Source: Guillardia theta CCMP2712
Lineage: Eukaryota; Protista; Cryptophyta
Assembly: GCF_000315625.1 (NCBI RefSeq)
Contig: NW_005434485.1
Coordinates: 1-60,973 of the forward strand
Reading direction: 5' to 3'
Length of the DNA stretch: 60,973 bases
Position 1 is the first letter of the stretch; each line of letters opens with the position of its first letter. Positions 1 to 9,746 of the stretch are shown in pieces. The notes below the pieces were generated by a model. It saw nothing but the letters and a program-made list of their open reading frames with translations. It did not search any database and was not told the origin of the DNA. A program made the translations under genes and the position numbers.

Positions 1-107
1 TTGCCTCTCCTCACCTTGGCCTTCGGTCGCCACCTACTCCTCCTCCATTCAGCTTCCTCAGCCTCAGTCAGGAGAGTTGCCTCTCCTCACCTTGGCCTTC
101 GGTCGCC
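1..107. repeat. 31-bp direct repeat (2 copies, 76-bp period) downstream of the ORF1-like gene
   Basis: TTGCCTCTCCTCACCTTGGCCTTCGGTCGCC at 1-31 and 77-107. Confidence 0.85.
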
Positions 108-137
108 TCCACCTTCTCTCCTTACCTTGAGCTCAGC

Positions 138-2285
138 TCAAGCTCGGTACGGGCTCGCCCCGTCTTCTTCCTCGCCCTCGCCTTGCTCTTCCTCCATGTC
201 TTCCTCTTCTTCGCCATCTTCCCTCATCTCCACCCGCAGTCGGTCCTTCTTGTCCACCTTCAGCGAGCAGGCCAGCACATGCATCTCTGCGAATTTACTC
301 AGTGCTATGAACAGGAAGCTAAGAGATCGACGCTCTATGTCGTCGCTCTCCGCCTCCTGCTCAAGCTCAGCAGCTGCCGTTGCCCGTGGCGAGAACGCGC
401 TGCCCCTCCGTGCCTTCTTGCTCTCTCCTTGCACGCGAGTCCAGCGCTTGCTCTGCAGCCACTTCCCCAGCTTCTCCTTGAGAACGTTGCGCCCAACTCC
501 CTGCTCCTCTGGCATCTTCGCCCACTCTCCCAGCGACATGAACTCCAGGCTCCCCGGAGAGTAGAACGTGTCGTGGAGGTTGCCAACGGCCTTGTCCAGG
601 ACCAGCTTGATCGGCTCGCTCGTCCCCGCCTCGTTCAAAGAAGCTGCATCTTCGATGACTGCTGACAGCTCGCTGACGAGCTGCATGTCCTCTTGGCTTG
701 ACGGAGATGCTGCCTCCATTGTGATCCTCTCCAGGTCTGTAAACTCCAGCCACTCTCCCTCGCTCTCCTCCTGTCGCTGCGCTGCGTCGCTGGTGCCCCG
801 CTGACCAGCCGCCTCAGAGTCAGGCTCCTTGTCGAAGCCGACTGCTTCGAGCTTGGTTGCTGCGCCTTCGAGATAGAAGGGCAGCTCCTTCATCATGCGT
901 CGAGCATCCTCCGTGGAGCCGAGGAGGATGCATAGCTTGGACCCGTTCCAGGACTTGGTGTTCAAATCCTCCTCCATGTCGATGCCTTCAACGTTGATCT
1001 CGAGCCTGTTAGCGATCTCCAACAAGACTCTCTTGACTCTTGCGATAGACGTGTTGCCGCCGTTGCACAGCCCCTCCATCTCCTTCCTCGTGAAGCGACC
1101 AGATGCCGCCGTCGACTTGATGATGATCTTGATCTCCTTGCCGTCCTTGCCGCCTGCCTTCTTCTGCATCCTTGATGCCTTCTTCAACTTATTTCTGGAC
1201 ACAAAGCGATCAGCTGTCAACTCGACTGCGAGCGCCTCTCTGATCTTCGGGTCCTCGCTGAACAGAGTCAGGTGTACTCCCTCCATCGCTTCGCTCTCTC
1301 GGAAAGCTCGAAATGCTGTATCATTCGCCTCTGGGCAGCTCGAGGAGACGATCCACTCCACCTCCCTCTGTCTCCAGATGACGTTGGCCCCTACAGCGAT
1401 GAAGCCTTTCTGACCTAAGCCTTTGTGGACTTGCTGTCCTGGCGCCCCAGCGACCAGCATGCCTGCCAGCGGCTGGAGTTGGACCGCTGCAAGGGACTGG
1501 CGCAGCAGCTGATAGCGATAGACGGCAGCTATCTCAGCCGTTGTCATGCCGCCCAAGGTTAGCAGGTGAGTCAGCTCTGCCAAGCTGCCCCCTTTGCCCC
1601 AGGGTCCTCTCTTGGCTCGAATCTTGAAAGATCGATCGTGCACGATGCTCACATGTACAGCTGTGAACTTGCGACCATCGATCGCGAAGTCCTCTCTTCC
1701 CTGCCAGAGCTTCTCCGCTTGTGCATTGGGGAGGAAGGAAACAGTCACCGGGATCTCCTCAGCACTCGCTATCTCGGGTCTATACGGAGCCTTCCACATG
1801 ATTGCTTTACTCTCTTGCACTGAGTCTACGATCAGTCCGATCTCTTCAAATTTCTTCTTCAGCTTCTCTTCATGGTTGACATACACCGAGGAGATGCCCA
1901 GGAGAGTCATGGAGATGAAGGAAGTCACCTCGTTGCCTGCTGAGGCGGTGTATGTCTCGACCTTCTCCTTCTTGGCTTCTTCAATCTGCTGCATAAACCA
2001 CTCTCTGGATGCGTCACTCCATCCAGTCATCGCTTCTTGCAGAAACTCACGTCGTGCCTGCTGACATGTCGAGCGGATGGCTTCTGCGATAGCGTCGGGG
2101 GTGCATCCCTCCACAGCCTTGCAAGCCTGGGCTGTCCTGCTGTTCGGATAACGCTTCGCGAAGCTCTTCACCCTCTCGACGAGATCAGCTTCGAGGACAG
2201 AGGCATCCACAAGTCCGCTCTGCGTGTATTGGCATGATCTCCGATACAGCAGGTTGCGAACATTTTCATCATACTGAAGAACCAT
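138..2285 (-). CDS. Intronless ~715-aa protein, putative ORF1p/Gag-like protein of a telomere-associated retroelement
   Basis: Long uninterrupted ORF (first ATG 2285) in an intron-rich genome; two RRM-like segments (VTVSFLPNAQAEKLWQGREDFAIDGRKFTAV; LCILLGSTEDARRMMKELPFYLEG); acidic tail; abuts telomeric repeats; degenerate second copy at 14465-15033. The ORF is solid; the function is inferred. Confidence 0.55.
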   Translation of the reverse strand: MVLQYDENVRNLLYRRSCQYTQSGLVDASVLEADLVERVKSFAKRYPNSRTAQACKAVEGCTPDAIAEAIRSTCQQARREFLQEAMTGWSDASREWFMQQIEEAKKEKVETYTASAGNEVTSFISMTLLGISSVYVNHEEKLKKKFEEIGLIVDSVQESKAIMWKAPYRPEIASAEEIPVTVSFLPNAQAEKLWQGREDFAIDGRKFTAVHVSIVHDRSFKIRAKRGPWGKGGSLAELTHLLTLGGMTTAEIAAVYRYQLLRQSLAAVQLQPLAGMLVAGAPGQQVHKGLGQKGFIAVGANVIWRQREVEWIVSSSCPEANDTAFRAFRESEAMEGVHLTLFSEDPKIREALAVELTADRFVSRNKLKKASRMQKKAGGKDGKEIKIIIKSTAASGRFTRKEMEGLCNGGNTSIARVKRVLLEIANRLEINVEGIDMEEDLNTKSWNGSKLCILLGSTEDARRMMKELPFYLEGAATKLEAVGFDKEPDSEAAGQRGTSDAAQRQEESEGEWLEFTDLERITMEAASPSSQEDMQLVSELSAVIEDAASLNEAGTSEPIKLVLDKAVGNLHDTFYSPGSLEFMSLGEWAKMPEEQGVGRNVLKEKLGKWLQSKRWTRVQGESKKARRGSAFSPRATAAAELEQEAESDDIERRSLSFLFIALSKFAEMHVLACSLKVDKKDRLRVEMREDGEEEEDMEEEQGEGEEEDGASPYRA

Positions 2286-2399
2286 ACTTAGAAAGCTATT
2301 TGAAGTATACAAACCTCTTGCTTGCAGCTTCCTTGGCGCCCTGGCGGCTTCCCCTACACCTGACGAGGAGCCATGCTGCCGAAAATAACGGCGCCTCTC

Positions 2400-2504
2400 A
2401 ACCCTAAACCCTCAACCCTAAACCCTCAACCCTAAACCCTCAACCCAAAACCCTCAACCCTAAACCCTCAACCCTAAACCCTCAACCCTAAACCCTCAAC
2501 CCTA
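2400..2504. repeat. Telomere-type tract: 15 heptamers alternating AACCCTA/AACCCTC (TTTAGGG/TTGAGGG on the minus strand)
   Basis: Read directly; one variant unit AACCCAA near 2442-2448. Confidence 0.95.
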
Positions 2505-2570
2505 CAACTTCCATTACTCCATCATCTTCATCCGACCACCCGTCGTAGTCTTAACCATAAACTATGCCGA

Positions 2571-3275
2571 CTAGGGATCAGTGGATGTCAATTTGCCCGC
2601 GTCTTGGTCAAGTGGCTGAAGCCAGCTGTGACTCTCGCCCAAGCCCATGACATCGCCCCACGCCGCCTCGTCCGCCCAGTACTCAGCTCCCTCCAGCAGA
2701 CAACCCAGCGTCTCTTCCTCCTCCACCTGCCGTGGCTGTTTCGACATCCATCGCGAGCTCGCTCTGCCCGACCTCTGGACTCCTCCCCTCGGTGGCTCGG
2801 AGCAGGTCTGCGCTGCTCTGGCACATCGAGAGCATGGCCGGCTGTCGTCGCACCCCACCTTGGACAGGCGGCATCGCAAGCAAGCTCGCCCCACCTGCTT
2901 CCTCCTTGGTCGCCACAGCGACGCGTCCTCCGGAGGCCCCTCGGCTCCGTATCCCGGCAGGGGCGCGGGGCTCCCCTCCCAACGGGCCATGACAGATATG
3001 GCGGTGATGCCTCCCAGACAGTCTCTGCAGGCGTGCAGGAGGTTTCTGACCCCGCAATGGGAGCACGGCCTGCCCTTGCTGCACCTGATCTTGCGCCGCC
3101 GGCAGCCCTCGCACGACCGTTGCTTCTCCCCGCAGACCATGGCAGAAGACCCTCGTCGCAGATCCTCTACACTCTTGGAGCCGTAGGCAAGGCACGTGCT
3201 GCCGCAGCCTTGACGCTGGCAGCGCGTGCAAGGGCGGGTGTCGTCGCACTTGAGCTTGCCGATCTTGCATCGGAG
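2571..3275 (-). pseudogene. Zn2Cys6 copy 1: truncated at both ends; residual 189-aa two-cluster ORF 2571-3140
   Basis: Matches the unit only from 2594 to 3275; first cluster cut; C-terminus replaced by KLTSTDP. Confidence 0.75.
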
Positions 3276-3542
3276 GTCATCCCTGATGGTCCAGGAGCTG
3301 GTTTCTCTCCATCCCCACGCGGAGGCTGACTGTCATGGCAAGGGCATAAGGCCCTGACTCTAGCTCTAGTGGTGTCGGGCAGATGCAGTCACTCGCCTTC
3401 AATGAGATTGTAAATGAGAGGGTTTATCATGTACCCTTCCGACTTCCTAGTCTAGTCTCACCACCCTACACACTACCGTAGACGATGACAGCGCCGGGAC
3501 CCATGCCCGGCTACCCGAGCTCAGCGTCCAGCCCAGCGAGCA

Positions 3543-4397
3543 TCAAGCTCCCTCCTCTGACAGTAGCAGCATCGAGTAAACGTCGTCCTCCTGTGACTTG
3601 AGATGGGCCCGCTCTCCGCTTGCTTCCTCCATGCCCGCGTCTTGGTCAAGTGGCTGAAGCCAGCTGTGACTCTCGCCCAAGCCCATGACATCGCCCCACG
3701 CCGCCTCGTCCGCCCAGTACTCAGCTCCCTCCAGCAGACAACCCAGCGTCTCTTCCTCCTCCACCTGCCGTGGCTGTTTCGACATCCATCGCGAGCTCGC
3801 TCTGCCCGACCTCTGGACTCCTCCCCTCGGTGGCTCGGAGCAGGTCTGCGCTGCTCTGGCACATCGAGAGCATGGCCGGCTGTCGTCGCACCCCACCTTG
3901 GACAGGCGGCATCGCAAGCAAGCTCGCCCCACCTGCTTCCTCCTTGGTCGCCACAGCGACGCGTCCTCCGGAGGCCCCTCGGCTCCGTATCCCGGCAGGG
4001 GCGCGGGGCTCCCCTCCCAACGGGCCATGACAGATATGGCGGTGATGCCTCCCAGACAGTCTCTGCAGGCGTGCAGGAGGTTTCTGACCCCGCAATGGGA
4101 GCACGGCCTGCCCTTGCTGCACCTGATCTTGCGCCGCCCGCAGCCCTCGCACGACCGTTGCTTCTCCCCGCAGACCATGGCAGAAGACCCTCGTCGCAGA
4201 TCCTCTACACTCTTGGAGCCGTAGGCAAGGCACGTGCTGCCGCAGCCTTGACGCTGGCAGCGCGTGCAAGGGCGGGTGTCGTCGCACTTGAGCTTGCCGA
4301 TCTTGCATCGGAGACATGCGGCCAGGGCGCGAGGCGGGGCAGGTCTGCTGACAGGAGGCCAAGCGGGGAGGGAGGAGGTCAGGGGCAAGAAGGGCAT
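3543..4397 (-). CDS. Triple Zn(II)2Cys6 (GAL4-type) binuclear-cluster protein, intact copy 2 (284 aa)
   Basis: Three motifs: CLRCKIGKLKCDDTRPCTRCQRQGCGSTC, CEGCGRRKIRCSKGRPCSHCGVRNLLHAC, CLRCRLSKVGCDDSRPCSRCARAAQTC; acidic/aromatic tail; ATG at 4397 is shared by all long copies. Confidence 0.85.
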   Translation of the reverse strand: MPFLPLTSSLPAWPPVSRPAPPRALAACLRCKIGKLKCDDTRPCTRCQRQGCGSTCLAYGSKSVEDLRRGSSAMVCGEKQRSCEGCGRRKIRCSKGRPCSHCGVRNLLHACRDCLGGITAISVMARWEGSPAPLPGYGAEGPPEDASLWRPRRKQVGRACLRCRLSKVGCDDSRPCSRCARAAQTCSEPPRGGVQRSGRASSRWMSKQPRQVEEEETLGCLLEGAEYWADEAAWGDVMGLGESHSWLQPLDQDAGMEEASGERAHLKSQEDDVYSMLLLSEEGA

Positions 4398-5433
4398 CTG
4401 GGGGGGCCTCCTTGAGGGGAGGACATGCCAGTGGAGGGATGAATATGCGCTTGGGGTTGCAGTGATGAGCGTAGAGATGGTGTTCCGTTTACTGGCAAAC
4501 CGCATCTGTTCGGAGGCGGTAGCACAAGATATCCGGTATTGCTCGGATTGAGCCGATGCTGACACGGTCCAATCGGAGTTACGGAGCAACAAACCTGACT
4601 GGCAGGTCTGGTACCTCTGCAAGCCCTTTCTGCCAGCAACCCCCTCCCCCTTCCTAGCGTGTGACCCACCACCCTCCACCCCCTTCCTCGGATGGAGCCG
4701 ATGCTGACGGTTGATAAATCCGTTGAACGTTCTTGTCTCCTCGATACTCAAGGGGCAACACTTATAAATGTCAATGATATAAAAATAGAATCTTCATGAC
4801 TTTTTTTGTAACTAGCAAGAAAAATGCAGCGAGGCATCGAGGTGATCCCGGCTGCATTCGCAGAGCAGCTGCAGGACCTCGAGTACGAGGATGACTAGCA
4901 CGCACTCGTGCGACACCTATCATTGTATGCACCACGCAGGGGCCGTCGACGACGTTTCTGACGATGCTGCACAGCAGGCTCCTGTGTTGAACAACCAGCT
5001 GTGCATTTCTTGAGCTCGACGCACAGTTCGATGATAGGCTGCAAGCTTTCGCCACCACGCTGGAGAATACGTCCCGTACAGGAGTGTACGCTCTGTACTT
5101 GTCGTTACTTTCATGCGTCTGCGTTGGACAGCGCCAGGCTCCATCGTCGCACAATCCGACATTGTCATGCTTTTCTCGGAGTGCCGTACAGTCGAGTCTT
5201 CTGTCAGCCCTGGTACTTTTGCAAGCCATGTGAGGGTGGCGGTTTACCGCCGAGCGTGCGGGGCTCTGCTTAACCGATCATCATCGAAGATGGTCCAGGA
5301 GCTGGTTTCCCTCCATCCCCACGCGGAGGCTGACTGTCATGGCAAGGGCATAAGGCGTCTGACTTACCGTAGACGATGACAGCGCCGGGACCCATGCCAG
5401 GCTACCCGAGCTCAGCGTCCAGCCCAGCGAGCA

Positions 5434-6125
5434 TCAAGCTCCCTCCTCTGACAGTAGCAGCATCGAGTAAACGTCGTCCAGCTCCCCGTCCTCCTGTGAC
5501 TTGAGATGGGCCCGCTCTCCGCTTGCTTCCTCCATGCCCGCGTCTTGGTCAAGTGGCTGAAGCCAGCTGTGACTCTCGCCCAAGCCCATGACATCGCCCC
5601 ACGCCGCCTCGTCCGCCCAGTACTCAGCTCCCTCCAGCAGACAACCCAGCGTCTCTTCCTCCTCCACCTGGCACATCGAGAGCATGGCCGGCTGTCGTCG
5701 CACCCCACCTTGGACAGGCGGCATCGCAAGCAAGCTCGCCCCACCTGCTTCCTCCTTGGTCGCCACAGCGACGCGTCCTCCGGAGGCCCCTCGGCTCCGT
5801 ATCCCGGCAGGGGCGCGGGGCTCCCCTCCCAACGGGCCATGACAGATATGGCGGTGATGCCTCCCAGACAGTCTCTGCAGGCGTGCAGGAGGTTTCTGAC
5901 CCCGCAATGGGAGCACGGCCTGCCCTTGCTGCACCTGATCTTGCGCCGCCGGCAGCCCTCGCACGACCGTTGCTTCTCCCCGCAGACCATGGCAGAAGAC
6001 CCTCGTCGCAGATCCTCTACACTCTTGGAGCCGTAGGCAAGGCACGTGCTGCCGCAGCCTTGACGCTGGCAGCGCGTGCAAGGGCGGGTGTCGTCGCACT
6101 TGAGCTTGCCGATCTTGCATCGGAG
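5434..6125 (-). pseudogene. Zn2Cys6 copy 3: 5'-truncated, with a 91-nt frameshifting deletion
   Basis: CCTCCACCTG joined to GCACATCGAG at ~5670; same 5' breakpoint as copy 1. Confidence 0.8.
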
Positions 6126-6392
6126 GTCATCCCTGATGGTCCAGGAGCTGGTTTCTCTCCATCCCCACGCGGAGGCTGACTGTCATGGCAAGGGCATAAG
6201 GCCCTGACTCTAGCTCTAGTGGTGTCGGGCAGATGCAGTCACTCGCCTTCAATGAGATTGTAAATGAGAGGGTTTATCATGTACCCTTCCGACTTCCTAG
6301 TCTAGTCTCACCACCCTACAAACTACCGTAGACGATGACAGCGCCGGGACCCATGCCCGGCTACCCGAGCTCAGCGTCCAGCCCAGCGAGCA

Positions 6393-7247
6393 TCAAGCTC
6401 CCTCCTCTGACAGTAGCAGCATCGAGTAAACGTCGTCCTCCTGTGACTTGAGATGGGCCCGCTCTCCGCTTGCTTCCTCCATGCCCGCGTCTTGGTCAAG
6501 TGGCTGAAGCCAGCTGTGACTCTCGCCCAAGCCCATGACATCGCCCCACGCCGCCTCGTCCGCCCAGTACTCAGCTCCCTCCAGCAGACAACCCAGCGTC
6601 TCTTCCTCCTCCACCTGCCGTGGCTGTTTCGACATCCATCGCGAGCTCGCTCTGCCCGACCTCTGGACTCCTCCCCTCGGTGGCTCGGAGCAGGTCTGCG
6701 CTGCTCTGGCACATCGAGAGCATGGCCGGCTGTCGTCGCACCCCACCTTGGACAGGCGGCATCGCAAGCAAGCTCGCCCCACCTGCTTCCTCCTTGGTCG
6801 CCACAGCGACGCGTCCTCCGGAGGCCCCTCGGCTCCGTATCCCGGCAGGGGCGCGGGGCTCCCCTCCCAACGGGCCATGACAGATATGGCGGTGATGCCT
6901 CCCAGACAGTCTCTGCAGGCGTGCAGGAGGTTTCTGACCCCGCAATGGGAGCACGGCCTGCCCTTGCTGCACCTGATCTTGCGCCGCCGGCAGCCCTCGC
7001 ACGACCGTTGCTTCTCCCCGCAGACCATGGCAGAAGACCCTCGTCGCAGATCCTCTACACTCTTGGAGCCGTAGGCAAGGCACGTGCTGCCGCAGCCTTG
7101 ACGCTGGCAGCGCGTGCAAGGGCGGGTGTCGTCGCACTTGAGCTTGCCGATCTTGCATCGGAGACATGCGGCCAGGGCGCGAGGCGGGGCAGGTCTGCTG
7201 ACAGGAGGCCAAGCGGGGAGGGAGGAGGTCAGGGGCAAGAAGGGCAT
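6393..7247 (-). CDS. Triple Zn2Cys6 protein, intact copy 4 (284 aa)
   Basis: Same three clusters; open from ATG 7247 to TGA 6393. Confidence 0.85.
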   Translation of the reverse strand: MPFLPLTSSLPAWPPVSRPAPPRALAACLRCKIGKLKCDDTRPCTRCQRQGCGSTCLAYGSKSVEDLRRGSSAMVCGEKQRSCEGCRRRKIRCSKGRPCSHCGVRNLLHACRDCLGGITAISVMARWEGSPAPLPGYGAEGPPEDASLWRPRRKQVGRACLRCRLSKVGCDDSRPCSRCARAAQTCSEPPRGGVQRSGRASSRWMSKQPRQVEEEETLGCLLEGAEYWADEAAWGDVMGLGESHSWLQPLDQDAGMEEASGERAHLKSQEDDVYSMLLLSEEGA

Positions 7248-8469
7248 CTGCGGGGAGCCTCCTTGAGAGGAGGACATGCCAGTGGAGGGATGAATATGCG
7301 CTTGGGGTTGCAGTGATGAGCGTAGAGATGGTGTTCCGTTTACTGGCAAACCGCATCTGTTCGGAGGCGGTAGCACAAGATATCCGGTATTGCTCGGATT
7401 GAGCCGATGCTGACACGGTCCAATCGGAGTTACGGAGCAACAAACCTGACTGGCAGGTCTGGTACCTCTGCAAGCCCTTTCTGCCAGCAACCCCCTCCCC
7501 CTTCCTAGCGTGTGACCCACCACCCTCCACCCCCTTCCTCGGATGGAGCCGATGCTGACGGTTGATAAATCCGTTGAACGTTCTTGTCTCCTCGATACTC
7601 AAGGGGCAACACTTATAAATGTCAATGATATAAAAATAGAATCTTCATGACTTTTTTTGTAACTAGCAAGAAAAATGCAGCGAGGCATCGAGGTGATCCC
7701 GGCTGCATTCGCAGAGCAGCTGCAGGACCTCGAGTACGAGGATGACTAGCACGCACTCGTGCGACACCTATCATTGTATGCACCACGCAGGGGCCGTCGA
7801 CGACGTTTCTGACGATGCTGCACAGCAGGCTCCTGTGTTGAACAACCAGCTGTGCATTTCTTGAGCTCGAAGCACAGTTCGATGATAGGCTGCAAGCTTT
7901 CGCCACCACGCTGGAGAATACGTCCCGTACAGGAGTGTACGCTCTGTACTTGTCGTTACTTTCATGCGTCTGCGTTGGACAGCGCCAGGCTCCATCGTCG
8001 CACAATCCGACATTGTCATGCTTTTCTCGGAGTGCCGTACAGTCGAGTCTTCTGTCAGCCCTGGTACTTTTGCAAGCCATGTGAGGGTGGCGGTTTACCG
8101 CCGAGCGTGCGGGGCTCTGCTTAACCGATCATCATCGAAGATGGTCCAGGAGCTGGTTTCCCTCCATCCCCACGCGGAGGCTGACTGTCATGGCAAGGGC
8201 ATAAGGCGTCTGACTTACCGTAGACGATGACAGCGCCGGGACCCATGCCCGGCTACCCGAGCTCAGCGTCCAGCCCAGCGAGCATCAAGCTCCCTCCTCT
8301 GACAGTAGCAGCATCGAGTAAACGTCGTCCAGCTCCCCGTCCTCCTGTGACTTGAGATGGGCCCGCTGTTAGGGGTTACGTAAGCGGTTACGAATACTTC
8401 AGTCAACTAGACGTCGCGGGATTTTCGAGGATTAATATACCTTCTTATGATGGATCGGTCACGCAACAA

Positions 8470-9612
8470 GTGCGCGACAGGGAGGGCGCAGTGGACTTGG
8501 AAATTTCCAGGATTGCGTCTCCGGCAGGTTCGACCCGGCCGAGGTTCGAATCAGTGCAGTTTGAAGAATTGGTCGCTGCAAACAAGAAGTTGCGAGAAGA
8601 ATTGCAACTCGCAATGGACATGCAAGTAAAGTATGAAGCTTTCGTCAAGGAAGTGATGTTTCGTAAGGAAAGAGAGCTCGTCGAGACAAAACAGGAAATC
8701 TCTGTCCTTAGGGAAGAAAATAGAAAAATGTTCGAGGAAATGATGCAACGGTTCAGATTAAATGAATCAGGAGCAGTTCAATACCTTCCGATCAAGGAAC
8801 CAAGAGGGGCTGATGCAACATGCAAGCAAAATAATACGAGCATGTCGAACGACATGTCAAGTCAGCATGTCAAGCAGCAGTCTTCCCTAGTGAAGTTTCA
8901 TTCCAAGGATATTTCTCGATTTAATGGAGAAATGACTCTAGAATATTCCGTTGCAAGTTGGTTTGGGGAGCTTGAGTTTCAATTCCAGCGTCAAAGAATT
9001 CCTCCAGATCAAAAGGTTGACATCGCTGCAACATTAGTTGGTAATCGTGTGAGGAATTGGTTGCAAACATTGCGTGGCGAGGATAGATTAATTTCCACAC
9101 AAGGTACTTGGGAATCATTCAAATCGTTGCTGGTGAAGGAGTATTTGTCGTTGTCGCACTTGCAGTATATTTTGGGTGAGATTCAATGTACGATACAAGG
9201 GTCAGAGGAAAAGACTTCGGATTTTGTCAACAGGTTTTCAGCTTTAGCAAATCATTTTATTGCTTGTTGCATGGTGTTATTTCATGGACAAGGACAAGTC
9301 GAGACAGCTTGCACGAGGTTTGGTCTTGAACGGTATTTCGCACAGAATTTGTTCAACGAGGTGACCGCGAGTTTCGTCATGAAGTTGTTAATTGACTTGG
9401 AAAAGCAAAACGTGAACAAGACTTTGAGTATTGGGAGTTTATTGCCAGCATTGTATCGAGAAGCTAAGTCCATGGATTTGACAACCGATGCGTATAGGAA
9501 TGACAGGTCAACGCATCATGAGGTTTCGTACGATGATGAGTCAGTGGAGGATACCGACGAAGATTCTCAGCATTCATCTTCGACTCAGGATGAGCAGGAC
9601 TTACGTGAATAA
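8470..9612 (+). CDS. gag: Ty3/gypsy-like Gag (coiled coil plus capsid domain), no pol
   Basis: Capsid-like motifs FNGE..VASWFGELE, VRNWLQTL, TWESFKSLLVKEY, IQGSEEKTSDFVNRF; lies between LTRs; start codon uncertain. Confidence 0.75.
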   Translation: MRDREGAVDLEISRIASPAGSTRPRFESVQFEELVAANKKLREELQLAMDMQVKYEAFVKEVMFRKERELVETKQEISVLREENRKMFEEMMQRFRLNESGAVQYLPIKEPRGADATCKQNNTSMSNDMSSQHVKQQSSLVKFHSKDISRFNGEMTLEYSVASWFGELEFQFQRQRIPPDQKVDIAATLVGNRVRNWLQTLRGEDRLISTQGTWESFKSLLVKEYLSLSHLQYILGEIQCTIQGSEEKTSDFVNRFSALANHFIACCMVLFHGQGQVETACTRFGLERYFAQNLFNEVTASFVMKLLIDLEKQNVNKTLSIGSLLPALYREAKSMDLTTDAYRNDRSTHHEVSYDDESVEDTDEDSQHSSSTQDEQDLRE

Positions 9613-9746
9613 CATTGGCCCAATGCACTTCGCGCTACTCAATTGAAATGACTTGAGGTGGCTGCCGTTTTCTTGTTATGCAGTATTTTAGTGATCAGCG
9701 AAGTTCATAGAGATGTTTCTCAGATGATAATGCGCTTGGGAGCGTA

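Larger units (their letters stand above)
1..2399 (-). mobile_element. Putative telomere-repeat-associated element, 5' part; continues off the left window edge
   Basis: 5' end joins directly to the telomeric tract; a homologous relic at 14465-15033 also ends at a CCTAAACCCTA motif; no RT visible in window. Confidence 0.5.

Noticed and set aside
2360-2384. Hammerhead-like core CTGACGA-GGAGCCATGCTGCC-GAAA beside the telomeric tract
   Set aside because: Stems I and III cannot be formed from the flanks, and the core is not kept in the relic copy
2330-2396. HDV-like ribozyme at the element 5' end (TCCTCGT loop on the minus strand)
   Set aside because: P1/P3 pairings are weak and no clear J4/2-P2 was found by eye; needs a descriptor search
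3276-3520. Helitron origin of the array (CTAG motifs, tandem copies)
   Set aside because: No 5' TC, A|T target or subterminal hairpin in the right arrangement; no Rep/helicase
4771-5229. 152-aa ORF (MACKSTRAD...) repeated in each long unit
   Set aside because: No motif; conserved only because copies are near-identical; disrupted in copy 6
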